Source: Alphaproteobacteria bacterium (GTDB taxonomy: Bacteria > Pseudomonadota > Alphaproteobacteria > Rickettsiales > UBA1997). Taken from it: DNA of 32,884 nucleotides. Below, in pieces: positions 1 through 7,466 of this stretch. Numbering within the stretch: the stretch's first letter is position 1; the number at the start of each line of letters is the position of its first letter. Below the pieces are notes generated by a model. That model saw only the letters and a program-made list of their open reading frames with translations. It was not told where the DNA came from and ran no database searches. Made by a program: the position numbers and the translations under genes. The DNA is taken from positions 1 through 32,884 of the forward strand of contig JBJTWJ010000013.1 in the NCBI GenBank assembly GCA_046081665.1, written 5' to 3'.

Positions 1-392
1 TCGGCTTTAACTTTAGAAAATGCCAAAAATGCCATGGCTGTAGTTCCTTCAAAAAAACTTAATTCAAGTGTTGGATCTTTTAAACTTGCGTTTTTACATT
101 CCAGTGAAACTTCATTTAAAAAATCATCGTTAATCATTTTATTTGCTAATTCAATTCGCTCATTAAACTCAACTAAATGAGGCGAGGTGTAGCTATGAAC
201 TTTATAGCCAGAATTTTGTAAAATACTTTTGATAAAAGCTAGAGTTGAGCCTTTGCCATTGGTTCCAGCAATATGAACAATTGGTGGTAAAAAATGTTGA
301 GGGTTGTTAAGTCTTGCTAAAAGTTCTTTTATTCTCTCTAGTCCTAAATTTATTATTTGTTTTTGCGGATTTGGCCAAGAAGGAAAAAGCAT
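1..392 (-). CDS. folC: Folylpolyglutamate synthase/dihydrofolate synthase (FolC), N-terminal part; the gene runs off the window edge
   Basis: Absent from the ORF track because it is truncated by the window edge. Reverse-complement translation from the ATG at 392-390 reads MLFPSWPNPQKQIINLGLERIKELLARLNNPQHFLPPIVHIAGTNGKGSTLAFIKSILQNSGYKVHSYTSPHLVEFNERI... It contains the Mur-ligase/FolC P-loop (HIAGTNGKGS) and an LGLERI motif typical of FolC N-termini. Confidence 0.8.
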   Translation of the reverse strand, partial: MLFPSWPNPQKQIINLGLERIKELLARLNNPQHFLPPIVHIAGTNGKGSTLAFIKSILQNSGYKVHSYTSPHLVEFNERIELANKMINDDFLNEVSLECKNASLKDPTLELSFFEGTTAMAFLAFSKVKA

Positions 393-407
393 AGCAGATT
401 ATTAAAA

Positions 408-1331
408 TTATTTTTTACGAATCTTTAGAAATACTTGATAGGTTCGATGAAAATGATAATTAAATTCTGCACCTAAAATGAATACCAAGCTTATTAAATA
501 AAAAAACATCAGAGTTATAATAATCCCAGCAATTGAACCATAAACAAAATTTACCTGATGAAATTTGTCAAGATAAAATGAAAATAACCATTCTAAAAGA
601 ACCCATAATATTACTGCTAAAATTGACCCAGGCACGGTTTTAGTAATTTTTTGCTTAACATTGGGAAGGGCGTAATACAATGTTGAGGTAGCGGTAATTA
701 ATAAAAATAAAAAGGCGATATAACGAAGATAGAAGAAATCGTAATCAATATTGAGATGAAAATTAAATTTTAATTCCAAATCTTTTAACATTGAGGGAAC
801 AATAACGAAGGCAATAATAGCGGTAATAATTGAAAAGATTATCACAAAAAATTCCATGATGCTGAATAGTCTACGCCATAAATAAGGAGGAGGGGAGGCA
901 ACACGATAAGCCCGATTTAAAATTGTTCGACATCCTTCAACTGACGAAGAAGCTGTCCAGATAACGCCAATAATGGCAATCGTTAGAAAGCTATTTTCTG
1001 GACCAGAAATAATTTCATTGATTCTTGGTGATAAAGCTTGGGACATTTCGCGTGGAATTGAGTCTAAAATTTTACCAACAAAATCAATGCCAATATCACT
1101 GGCACCAACTAGCCCAATTATTGAGATCAAAAAAATTAATGAAGGAAAAAGCGATAGAATGCTTAAAAATGCTAGATATCCAGCATGTTCAATACCATCA
1201 TGACGAATGGTGTCAATTATCGATATTCGCAAAATTTTTAAGGGAATTATGCAGTATTTGTGAAGATAATAGTTAGCTTTACGGCGTTTAGTTGCTATTT
1301 TGGCTCTGGGTTTTTTGGCTTTAACAACCAT
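408..1331 (-). CDS. YihY/BrkB (virulence factor BrkB / ribonuclease BN-like) family inner-membrane protein
   Basis: 307 aa ORF with a basic N-terminus, then DGIEHAGYLAFLSILSLFPSLIFLISIIG and about six hydrophobic segments. This matches the characteristic YihY/BrkB family layout. Confidence 0.75.
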   Translation of the reverse strand: MVVKAKKPRAKIATKRRKANYYLHKYCIIPLKILRISIIDTIRHDGIEHAGYLAFLSILSLFPSLIFLISIIGLVGASDIGIDFVGKILDSIPREMSQALSPRINEIISGPENSFLTIAIIGVIWTASSSVEGCRTILNRAYRVASPPPYLWRRLFSIMEFFVIIFSIITAIIAFVIVPSMLKDLELKFNFHLNIDYDFFYLRYIAFLFLLITATSTLYYALPNVKQKITKTVPGSILAVILWVLLEWLFSFYLDKFHQVNFVYGSIAGIIITLMFFYLISLVFILGAEFNYHFHRTYQVFLKIRKK

Positions 1332-1490
1332 TTGAGTTTGAAATTTATTTGATGATTATTAAAAATTTGTAAATTTTAATTTGACTATGTTCAACTTTAA
1401 CAAGACTAAAATTTTATTTTTAAAATATATTTTTATCAATAAATTTTTTTGTAATTTATAAATAAAAAATTTGTTTTTTTAAAAAACTTT

Positions 1491-1698
1491 CCAGTCCAGT
1501 CCAGTCATTGCGTTAGCACGACTAAAAAAAACTATATCCCTTCACTACCGTTAGCACGACTAAAAAAACTTTATCCCTTCGTTATATCCATACAGCTGAC
1601 GCTTTTTGAAGATTTTTAGCCAAAAAGATGAAGCTTAATTTATAAATACCCAAATGGTTCATTTATTAGTTGAAATGGTATTATACCATTTCCACTTA
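1491..1698. repeat. MITE-like palindromic repeat family, copy 1 (composite)
   Basis: Starts with (CCAGT)x3 at 1491-1505. Two tandem ~35-bp subrepeats CGTTAGCACGACTAAAAAAA-CT-TATCCCTTC follow (1511-1543, 1549-1580). Next comes the family arm GATTTTTAGCCAAAAAGATGAAGCTTAATTTATAAATACCC..TCATTTATTAGTTGAAATGGTATTA. An inverted terminus TACCATTTCCACTTA abuts it directly. The arm recurs at 5407-5551, 7084-7279 and 28975-29083. Confidence 0.7.
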
Positions 1699-1699
1699 G

Positions 1700-2662
1700 C
1701 TATAATAATTTTTTTCGCTTAAAAATTGCCAAGGGAATTATCGAAGATATCAACATCAAGCCTAGAGCCAAAGGATATCCAAAGCTATGTTCAATTTCAG
1801 GCATAAATTTAAAATTCATGCCATAAATACTAGCAATCAGGGTTGGAGGCATAAAGACCAACGACACAACGGTAAATGTTTTAATTACTTTATTTTGTTC
1901 AACATTCAATAAACCTAAAAAACTACTTTGCAAATATTCTAAACGAGTAAAATTAAAATTTGCATGCTCAATTAGCGAATTAATATCCTTGATAATGATT
2001 CGTAAACGATTATAGCTGTCAAGCATCAAATCTTCATTGCGAAGCAAGGATGAAAGCACTCTTTGCTTATCAAACAAAGCTTCTCGCAAAGACATGGTTA
2101 AATTTTGACTATCATTGATTTTTAACAAAATTTTCTCATCCAGTTTATTATCATGATTAATTTTTTTGCCAATTTCCATAACATATTTTGAAACCGATTC
2201 CATTAAATCAGCATCAAAATCAACCCTTGCTTCAAGTATCGCTAAAAAGATTTTAGAGGGATTGACATAAACAGCCGGATGTTGTTTGACTTTTTTTACA
2301 GTTTCAGAAATAACCCTGCTGTCAAAATAACGAAGCGTAAAAAGAGTTTTGCTGGAGATTATAAAGGTTATTTCATGCTCCTCAAGCTTTGAAGAATGGG
2401 GAATAATATTGATAAAAGTTGAATTGATTTTAATAACTTCAGCAGTTTCAAGATATCGCGAAGAAGTTTCAATCTCTTCTTGTTGTTGACGAGTAGGAAA
2501 TTTTATGCCATAAAAAATTTCGACTTCCTTAATTTGCTCAGAAGTTGGATCTTGTAAATCAACCCAAGCAACTTTTTGACGAAGCGTTTCCATGTCCTCA
2601 ATCTCGGTAAGAGATTCAAGTTTAATTTGCGAATATTCTGGCAATTGAAAAATACGAATCAT
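1700..2662 (-). CDS. corA: CorA-family magnesium/cobalt transporter
   Basis: 320 aa with a soluble N-terminal domain and two C-terminal TM helices. It carries the signature YGMNF (…SIYGMNFKFMPE…) followed by a basic tail (KRKKLL). Confidence 0.85.
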   Translation of the reverse strand: MIRIFQLPEYSQIKLESLTEIEDMETLRQKVAWVDLQDPTSEQIKEVEIFYGIKFPTRQQQEEIETSSRYLETAEVIKINSTFINIIPHSSKLEEHEITFIISSKTLFTLRYFDSRVISETVKKVKQHPAVYVNPSKIFLAILEARVDFDADLMESVSKYVMEIGKKINHDNKLDEKILLKINDSQNLTMSLREALFDKQRVLSSLLRNEDLMLDSYNRLRIIIKDINSLIEHANFNFTRLEYLQSSFLGLLNVEQNKVIKTFTVVSLVFMPPTLIASIYGMNFKFMPEIEHSFGYPLALGLMLISSIIPLAIFKRKKLL

Positions 2663-2670
2663 AAAAAAAT

Positions 2671-5352
2671 TTAAAAACTTGTTCCAAAACTAAAACGAAA
2701 AACTTGCGTTCTATCATAAATCTCTTTTCGAGCAACCTTAGAAAAATCTAATCTAATTGGACCCATCGGTGATGACCAAGCAATGCTCAAACCATATGAT
2801 GACCTAATTAACGACGAATCTGCTATGCCATATCTAGCACCTTGCACATCCTTATCGACTGATTTTACTAAACCATTTTCGCTAAATAATGCCCCATATA
2901 TTCCCAACTCTTTTGGCAAGCCAAGAGGAAAACGCATTTCTACAGTTCCAACATAATAAATTTTTCCACCAACCGAAAACCCACCCTTAGCACTTCCATT
3001 AACATCCTTGGTGCGAGGTCCTAAACCATTAAAATCAAAACCTCGAAAATCATTTCCACCCAAGAAATATGCAAAATTACTTCTTACTCCTTGCCCTATG
3101 CCATCGATTACTCCACCTCGAGCCGATAATTTAAAAATAAAATCATTTTTATAAATTGGCAAATAAAAAGCTGAAGATCCTTCATTTTTGAGATATTTTA
3201 CATTTCCTGAAACTCCACTAAACTCTTGATTAAAACTTAAAAAATATCCTCGCGTTGGGTTGATGCGGTTATTACGCTTATCATAGAAAAAACCTTGACC
3301 AATGGCTGAGCTTAAAAAATTTCCTCTTAAGCCAATTGCATTAACAGTATTGGCATTGTCAACATTGCCAATCGTAACATCATTGATTGAATATTTTATC
3401 TGGTGATTAAGAAACTCACTAATTGCATAATTTCCACGCAGAGTTGAGCCATAAGAATTTTGATCAAACATTAAAATGTTTCGTCCAACTTGATCATATT
3501 TGTATAAATCTATTCCTGCAGTCAAATTAGTTCCCATAAAATATGGCTTGGTAAAACCAATATCAGCATTTTGACGCCAATAAGATTTTTGAATGTTTAC
3601 GCCAATTTCTTGCCCAGTACCAAACAAATTATTTTCACGAATTCCAGCATTACCAGTAAGTCGATCAAAGGTTGAATAGCCAACCCCTAAGGTTAGTTCT
3701 CCAGTCTTTTTTTCTTTAACTTCAATTTCAATATCAACCTTGTCGCTGTCATTAATTCGCTTGGTTCGAAATTCAACTTTTTCAAAAAAATTAAGATTTT
3801 CAATACGCTGTTTGGAGCGATTAATTTTAGTGAGATTATACGGATCGCCTTCGCGTAAACGCATTTCTCTTCTTATCACCTCGTCAAGAGTTCGACTGTT
3901 GCCATTAATGCGAATTTGGTTGATATACACTCTTGGAGTTTGCTCAATAATAAAATCAACATCAATGGTTTTTTGTTCACGATTTCTACGCAAAACTGGC
4001 TGAACATCGCCAAATGCAAATGAAGCTTCCGACATCTTTTCAATAAAAACATCAACTGTTTTTTCTAGCAATTGCGAATCATAAATTTGCCCCTCTTTTA
4101 TAAGAATTTTTTTATCTAAAATTTTGCTATCAAACTTTTCAATCTGGTTGATGATATTAATTTTTCCAAAATTATATTTTATACCTTCTTCCAATAAAAA
4201 GGTTATAAAAAATTGATCTTTATTTGCCGAAATTTGTGATGAGGAAGAGATCACCGCAAAGTCAGCGAAGCCATTGCTGTTGTAGAATCTGCGAAGCATT
4301 TCTTTATCGAATTCAATACGATCTGAATCAAAGCTATCGCTTGATGATAAAAATCTCCACCATTGCGATTGTTTAGTTGATATTTCGTTTGACAACTCAT
4401 TGTCACTAAATTCTTGATTGCCTAAAAAATAAATTTTAGAAATTTTAGCTTTTTTACCTTCATTAATATCAAAGATTACCTCAAGTCGATTTTGATCTTT
4501 TGAAATTATTTTTGGCTCAATTTTAGCAAGAAATCTTCCACTTTTGATGTATAACTCGTTGATCCTTTTTAAGTCATTTTGCAGTTTGGCTTTCGTAAAA
4601 ATTGATCTTTTCTTTAAGCTAATTTCGCTATTCAAAGCTTCATCATCAATTTTATCATTACCCACAAATTTAATTTCGCTAATCAACGGATTTTCCTTCA
4701 GCTCTATCACTAAAAATTTATTACGGCGATAAATTTTAACATCAGCAAAAAAATCAGATTCATAAATTTTTTGTAAGGAATTTTCAATAAATAATGGCGA
4801 AAAACTTTTAACATTTTTATAGTTAATTAATTCTAAAATTAAATTTTCGTCAAGCCTTTCTAAGCCAATGATTTCAAGATTGCCAATTGTTTTTTTATTA
4901 ACGATTGGCTTGCTAATATTTGGATTTTTTTCGCTTGGCTTTTCTTGCTTTTGAGAAGAATTTTTTAAATTATTTTGCTCATTTTTTAATTGTTCTTTTG
5001 CAGATTTTTCAACTGTTGAATTTTGATTTTGAACTTCTGGCTGTTGGGCTTGTGAGTTTTGTGAATTTACCTTATGATATTCACCTGTTTTTTTATCTTG
5101 ATAAATTTTTGCAAGAATTTTTGTCCCTGAAGCTGACCCTGAAGCTATTTGTGAAACCGTTCCAGAGCTTGACCCTGAGGTCAATTCAACTCGTGAGTTA
5201 TTTTTTTCTATGTTGTTATTGTAATTTGAAACAGCATCAGCGGCTACCTGCTCTTTAGCAAAAAGCATGGTTGAGGAATTAATTATTAAAACTAAAGACA
5301 ACAATAATTTTAATAAAATTATTTTTATTTGTTTAAAATAAGTTAATTTCAA
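2671..5352 (-). CDS. bamA: Outer membrane protein assembly factor BamA (Omp85) with an extended low-complexity N-terminal linker
   Basis: 893 aa with a signal peptide and a POTRA-like repeat region (IEIIGLERLDENLI…, IKFVGNDKI…, IYFLGNQEFSD…, IRINGNSRTLDEVIRREMRLREGDPYN). A C-terminal beta-barrel ends in an aromatic residue (…RFSFGTSF). An Asn/Gln/Ser/Lys-rich stretch of roughly 130 aa lies between the signal peptide and the first POTRA. Confidence 0.9.
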   Translation of the reverse strand: MKLTYFKQIKIILLKLLLSLVLIINSSTMLFAKEQVAADAVSNYNNNIEKNNSRVELTSGSSSGTVSQIASGSASGTKILAKIYQDKKTGEYHKVNSQNSQAQQPEVQNQNSTVEKSAKEQLKNEQNNLKNSSQKQEKPSEKNPNISKPIVNKKTIGNLEIIGLERLDENLILELINYKNVKSFSPLFIENSLQKIYESDFFADVKIYRRNKFLVIELKENPLISEIKFVGNDKIDDEALNSEISLKKRSIFTKAKLQNDLKRINELYIKSGRFLAKIEPKIISKDQNRLEVIFDINEGKKAKISKIYFLGNQEFSDNELSNEISTKQSQWWRFLSSSDSFDSDRIEFDKEMLRRFYNSNGFADFAVISSSSQISANKDQFFITFLLEEGIKYNFGKINIINQIEKFDSKILDKKILIKEGQIYDSQLLEKTVDVFIEKMSEASFAFGDVQPVLRRNREQKTIDVDFIIEQTPRVYINQIRINGNSRTLDEVIRREMRLREGDPYNLTKINRSKQRIENLNFFEKVEFRTKRINDSDKVDIEIEVKEKKTGELTLGVGYSTFDRLTGNAGIRENNLFGTGQEIGVNIQKSYWRQNADIGFTKPYFMGTNLTAGIDLYKYDQVGRNILMFDQNSYGSTLRGNYAISEFLNHQIKYSINDVTIGNVDNANTVNAIGLRGNFLSSAIGQGFFYDKRNNRINPTRGYFLSFNQEFSGVSGNVKYLKNEGSSAFYLPIYKNDFIFKLSARGGVIDGIGQGVRSNFAYFLGGNDFRGFDFNGLGPRTKDVNGSAKGGFSVGGKIYYVGTVEMRFPLGLPKELGIYGALFSENGLVKSVDKDVQGARYGIADSSLIRSSYGLSIAWSSPMGPIRLDFSKVARKEIYDRTQVFRFSFGTSF

Positions 5353-5406
5353 TTTAAAAAATTAGTTTTTTATTACAAAAATATTTTTTCTTAACTTTGT
5401 GATTTA

Positions 5407-5551
5407 TTATACCATTTCCACTAATAAATGAAACAATTAGGTATTTATAAATTAAGCTTCATTTTTTTGGCTAAAAATCTGTCGTTGCCTAAAGGCAAGA
5501 CTGGCAAAAATATCTTGCTTAATTTATCATCTATTAGTGGAAATGGTATTA
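5407..5551. repeat. MITE-like palindromic repeat family, copy 2 (complete, ~145 bp)
   Basis: Has terminal inverted repeats: TTATACCATTTCCACTAATAAATGA at the left end and TCATCTATTAGTGGAAATGGTATTA at the right end. There is an internal hairpin GTCGTTGCCTAAAGGCAAGAC. The left arm is the reverse complement of the arm in copies 1, 3 and 4. Confidence 0.8.
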
Positions 5552-5726
5552 GATAAAATTATCGCAAAAACCATTTCAACTCTAAAATTAAAACAGCATA
5601 ACTTTAATCAATTATTAAAAAAAAATTAAAATTAGCGATTGCTAATTTGTAGTCAAGTAATTAAAGTATTAATTGTCTTAAAGCCATTTCAAATTTTGCA
5701 ATTTTTAAATCGATTAACTAGTCACT

Positions 5727-6824
5727 ATGTGTTTTTTTTACTGGTTTTTTTGTCTAGCATTATTAACTTTTGGATCAGCGAATTTGCAGGCCAAAGATCT
5801 AGATTTAGAAATCGCTAATGCTAATAAAAAAAGTTTTTTTTCACAATTTTTTAAGAAAAAAAATCGCCAACATATTCATATGGTTGGCTCCTCAACTGTC
5901 TATCCTTTTAGCGCTTCTATTGCTGAGAATTTTGGCTATCAAAAAAAATATAAGACCCCAATTGTTGAAGCTACCGGAACAGGAGGAGGATTTAAAATAT
6001 TTTGCATGGGAATTGGCTATGATTACCCTGATTTTGTTAATGCGTCTCGAAAAATTCTCAAAAGCGAAATGGCTAAATGTCAAGAAAACAGTATCAATGT
6101 TGGCGAAATCAAAATTGGCTATGATGGCATAGTTCTTGCTAATTCCACACAAGGAATTGACTATAATTTAACTCTTGAAGAAATTTTTTTAGCCCTTGCC
6201 AGTCAAGTTCCTGACAAATCAAATCCTGAAAAATTAATTAACAACCCATACCAAAAATGGAGTGACATCAATCCTAAACTTAATGATCAAAGAATTATAA
6301 TCTACGGACCACCTCCAACCTCAGGAACTAGAGATAGTTTTAGCGAGCTAGTTATGGTAAAAACTTGTGTAAAAAACTCAACTTTCATTAAAATTTATCC
6401 CGATGAAAAAATTCGTGCCAAAAAATGCCATCTTATCAGAAGTGATAATGTCTTTATTGAAGCCGGAGAAAATGACAATCTTATCGTTCAAAAATTAAAA
6501 AACAATCCTCACACTCTTGGCATATTTGGCTTTAGCTTTTTAGAAGAAAATCGCCAATTTATTAAAGCTAGCAAAATAAATAACATTACCCCAACTCAAG
6601 ACAACATTATCAACGACTCTTATCAAATATCTCGACCACTTTTTATATATTTTAAAAAAGAACATCTTGATTTAATTTTTGCAATGCGTCAATTTATAGG
6701 CGAAATTATTAGCAACAATACCCTTGGTTTTGAGGGATATTTGTTACATAAAGGTCTTATCCCTCTTACAGATTTGGAACTCAAAAATGTAAGGGATGAG
6801 GTAGAAATTAATCTCAAAAATTAA
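5727..6824 (+). CDS. pstS: PstS-family phosphate ABC transporter substrate-binding protein (orphan; no pstCAB nearby)
   Basis: 365 aa with a signal peptide (…LLTFGSANLQA). Motifs VGSSTVYPF, EATGTGGGFKIFC, NASRKI, IKIGYDGIVLAN and ISRPLFIYFKKEH are typical of PBP-like_2/PstS proteins. Confidence 0.75.
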   Translation: MCFFYWFFCLALLTFGSANLQAKDLDLEIANANKKSFFSQFFKKKNRQHIHMVGSSTVYPFSASIAENFGYQKKYKTPIVEATGTGGGFKIFCMGIGYDYPDFVNASRKILKSEMAKCQENSINVGEIKIGYDGIVLANSTQGIDYNLTLEEIFLALASQVPDKSNPEKLINNPYQKWSDINPKLNDQRIIIYGPPPTSGTRDSFSELVMVKTCVKNSTFIKIYPDEKIRAKKCHLIRSDNVFIEAGENDNLIVQKLKNNPHTLGIFGFSFLEENRQFIKASKINNITPTQDNIINDSYQISRPLFIYFKKEHLDLIFAMRQFIGEIISNNTLGFEGYLLHKGLIPLTDLELKNVRDEVEINLKN

Positions 6825-7046
6825 TTTTTACTTTTACTGGGGTCTTCGCTTAATTAGAATTTTTTCTAATTTTGTTGATAGGCTTCTCGTCTTTAACTAC
6901 TAAATATCTAACTACTCATGGTATTCATTCCACTTGCAGTAATTGTTACGTTATCAGTAGTTGCAACTATTTTTTAGAAAGCGTAGCGCTTCTTTTCTTT
7001 AGGGAAAAGATGGGGAGTTTATCCTAGCGATAACCTCTTTACTGGA

Positions 7047-7084
7047 CTCGCCGAAGAGCTATTGCTCTTCGGCGAGTTTTTTTT
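7047..7084 (+). terminator. Rho-independent terminator
   Basis: Perfect 12-bp GC-rich stem CTCGCCGAAGAG / CTCTTCGGCGAG (7047-7058 / 7065-7076). The short loop is followed by T8 (7077-7084). Confidence 0.85.
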
Positions 7085-7279
7085 ATACCATTTCCACTTA
7101 GTAAATGATAAATTAAGCAAAATATTTTTAAAGTCACACCTAAAGGCAATGACAAATGAAGCTGTATATCCATGTAACTGAGGCTTGCGACGCTTCCGTT
7201 AGTACGACTGGAAAAAAGATAAAGCTTAATTTATAAATACCTAATTGCATCATTTATTAAGTTGAAATGGTATTATACC
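7084..7279. repeat. MITE-like palindromic repeat family, copy 3 (complete, ~195 bp)
   Basis: Left end is TATACCATTTCCACTTAGTAAATGATAAATTAAGC. Right end is GCTTAATTTATAAATACCTAATTGCATCATTTATTAAGTTGAAATGGTATTATACC. The interior contains CCGTTAGTACGACTGG, related to the CGTTAGCACGAC subrepeat of copy 1. Confidence 0.8.
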
Positions 7280-7466
7280 TCACAGCACTCAATACTTCAG
7301 GTTCAATCTTTAAAACATTAAAGAATATTGTTTTTTTTTCGTAATAAGTTTAAATAACATTTGCAATTATAAAAAAATAGTGTTTATTAAATATAAAGTT
7401 TTTTTTTAAAACTATTAAAAATGGTTAAAATAAAAAAAAATTAAGAATTTCAAATTATTAACAACT

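Noticed and set aside
973-1276. Track ORFs 973-1203 (+) and 1025-1276 (+), antisense to the yihY-like gene
   Set aside because: They lie entirely inside a well-supported 307-aa membrane-protein gene on the other strand, and the translations have no recognisable motif. The same reasoning applies to the other shadow ORFs: 3740-4003, 4544-4732, 4920-5258, 5818-6132, 5892-6152, 7908-8114, 8746-8961, 9308-9565, 10079-10420, 10672-10878, 10838-11080, 14472-14735, 14825-15025, 17047-17283, 18636-18893, 19127-19402, 19502-19705, 22812-23063, 25115-25336, 28740-28958, 29939-30187 and 31094-31306.
1511-1580. Tandem ~35-bp direct repeats as a possible CRISPR array
   Set aside because: There are only two units, directly adjacent with about 5 bp between them. 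They are part of the larger MITE-like element and no cas genes are present.
6830-7046. Possible two-piece tmRNA or another known housekeeping ncRNA between pstS and the terminator
   Set aside because: I found none of the expected signatures: no tRNA-like T-arm (GGTTCGA…), no CCA end, no ANDN…LAA-type tag frame, no RNase P, SRP or 6S conserved motifs. The region is kept only as a generic sRNA, mini-ORF or 3' UTR candidate.
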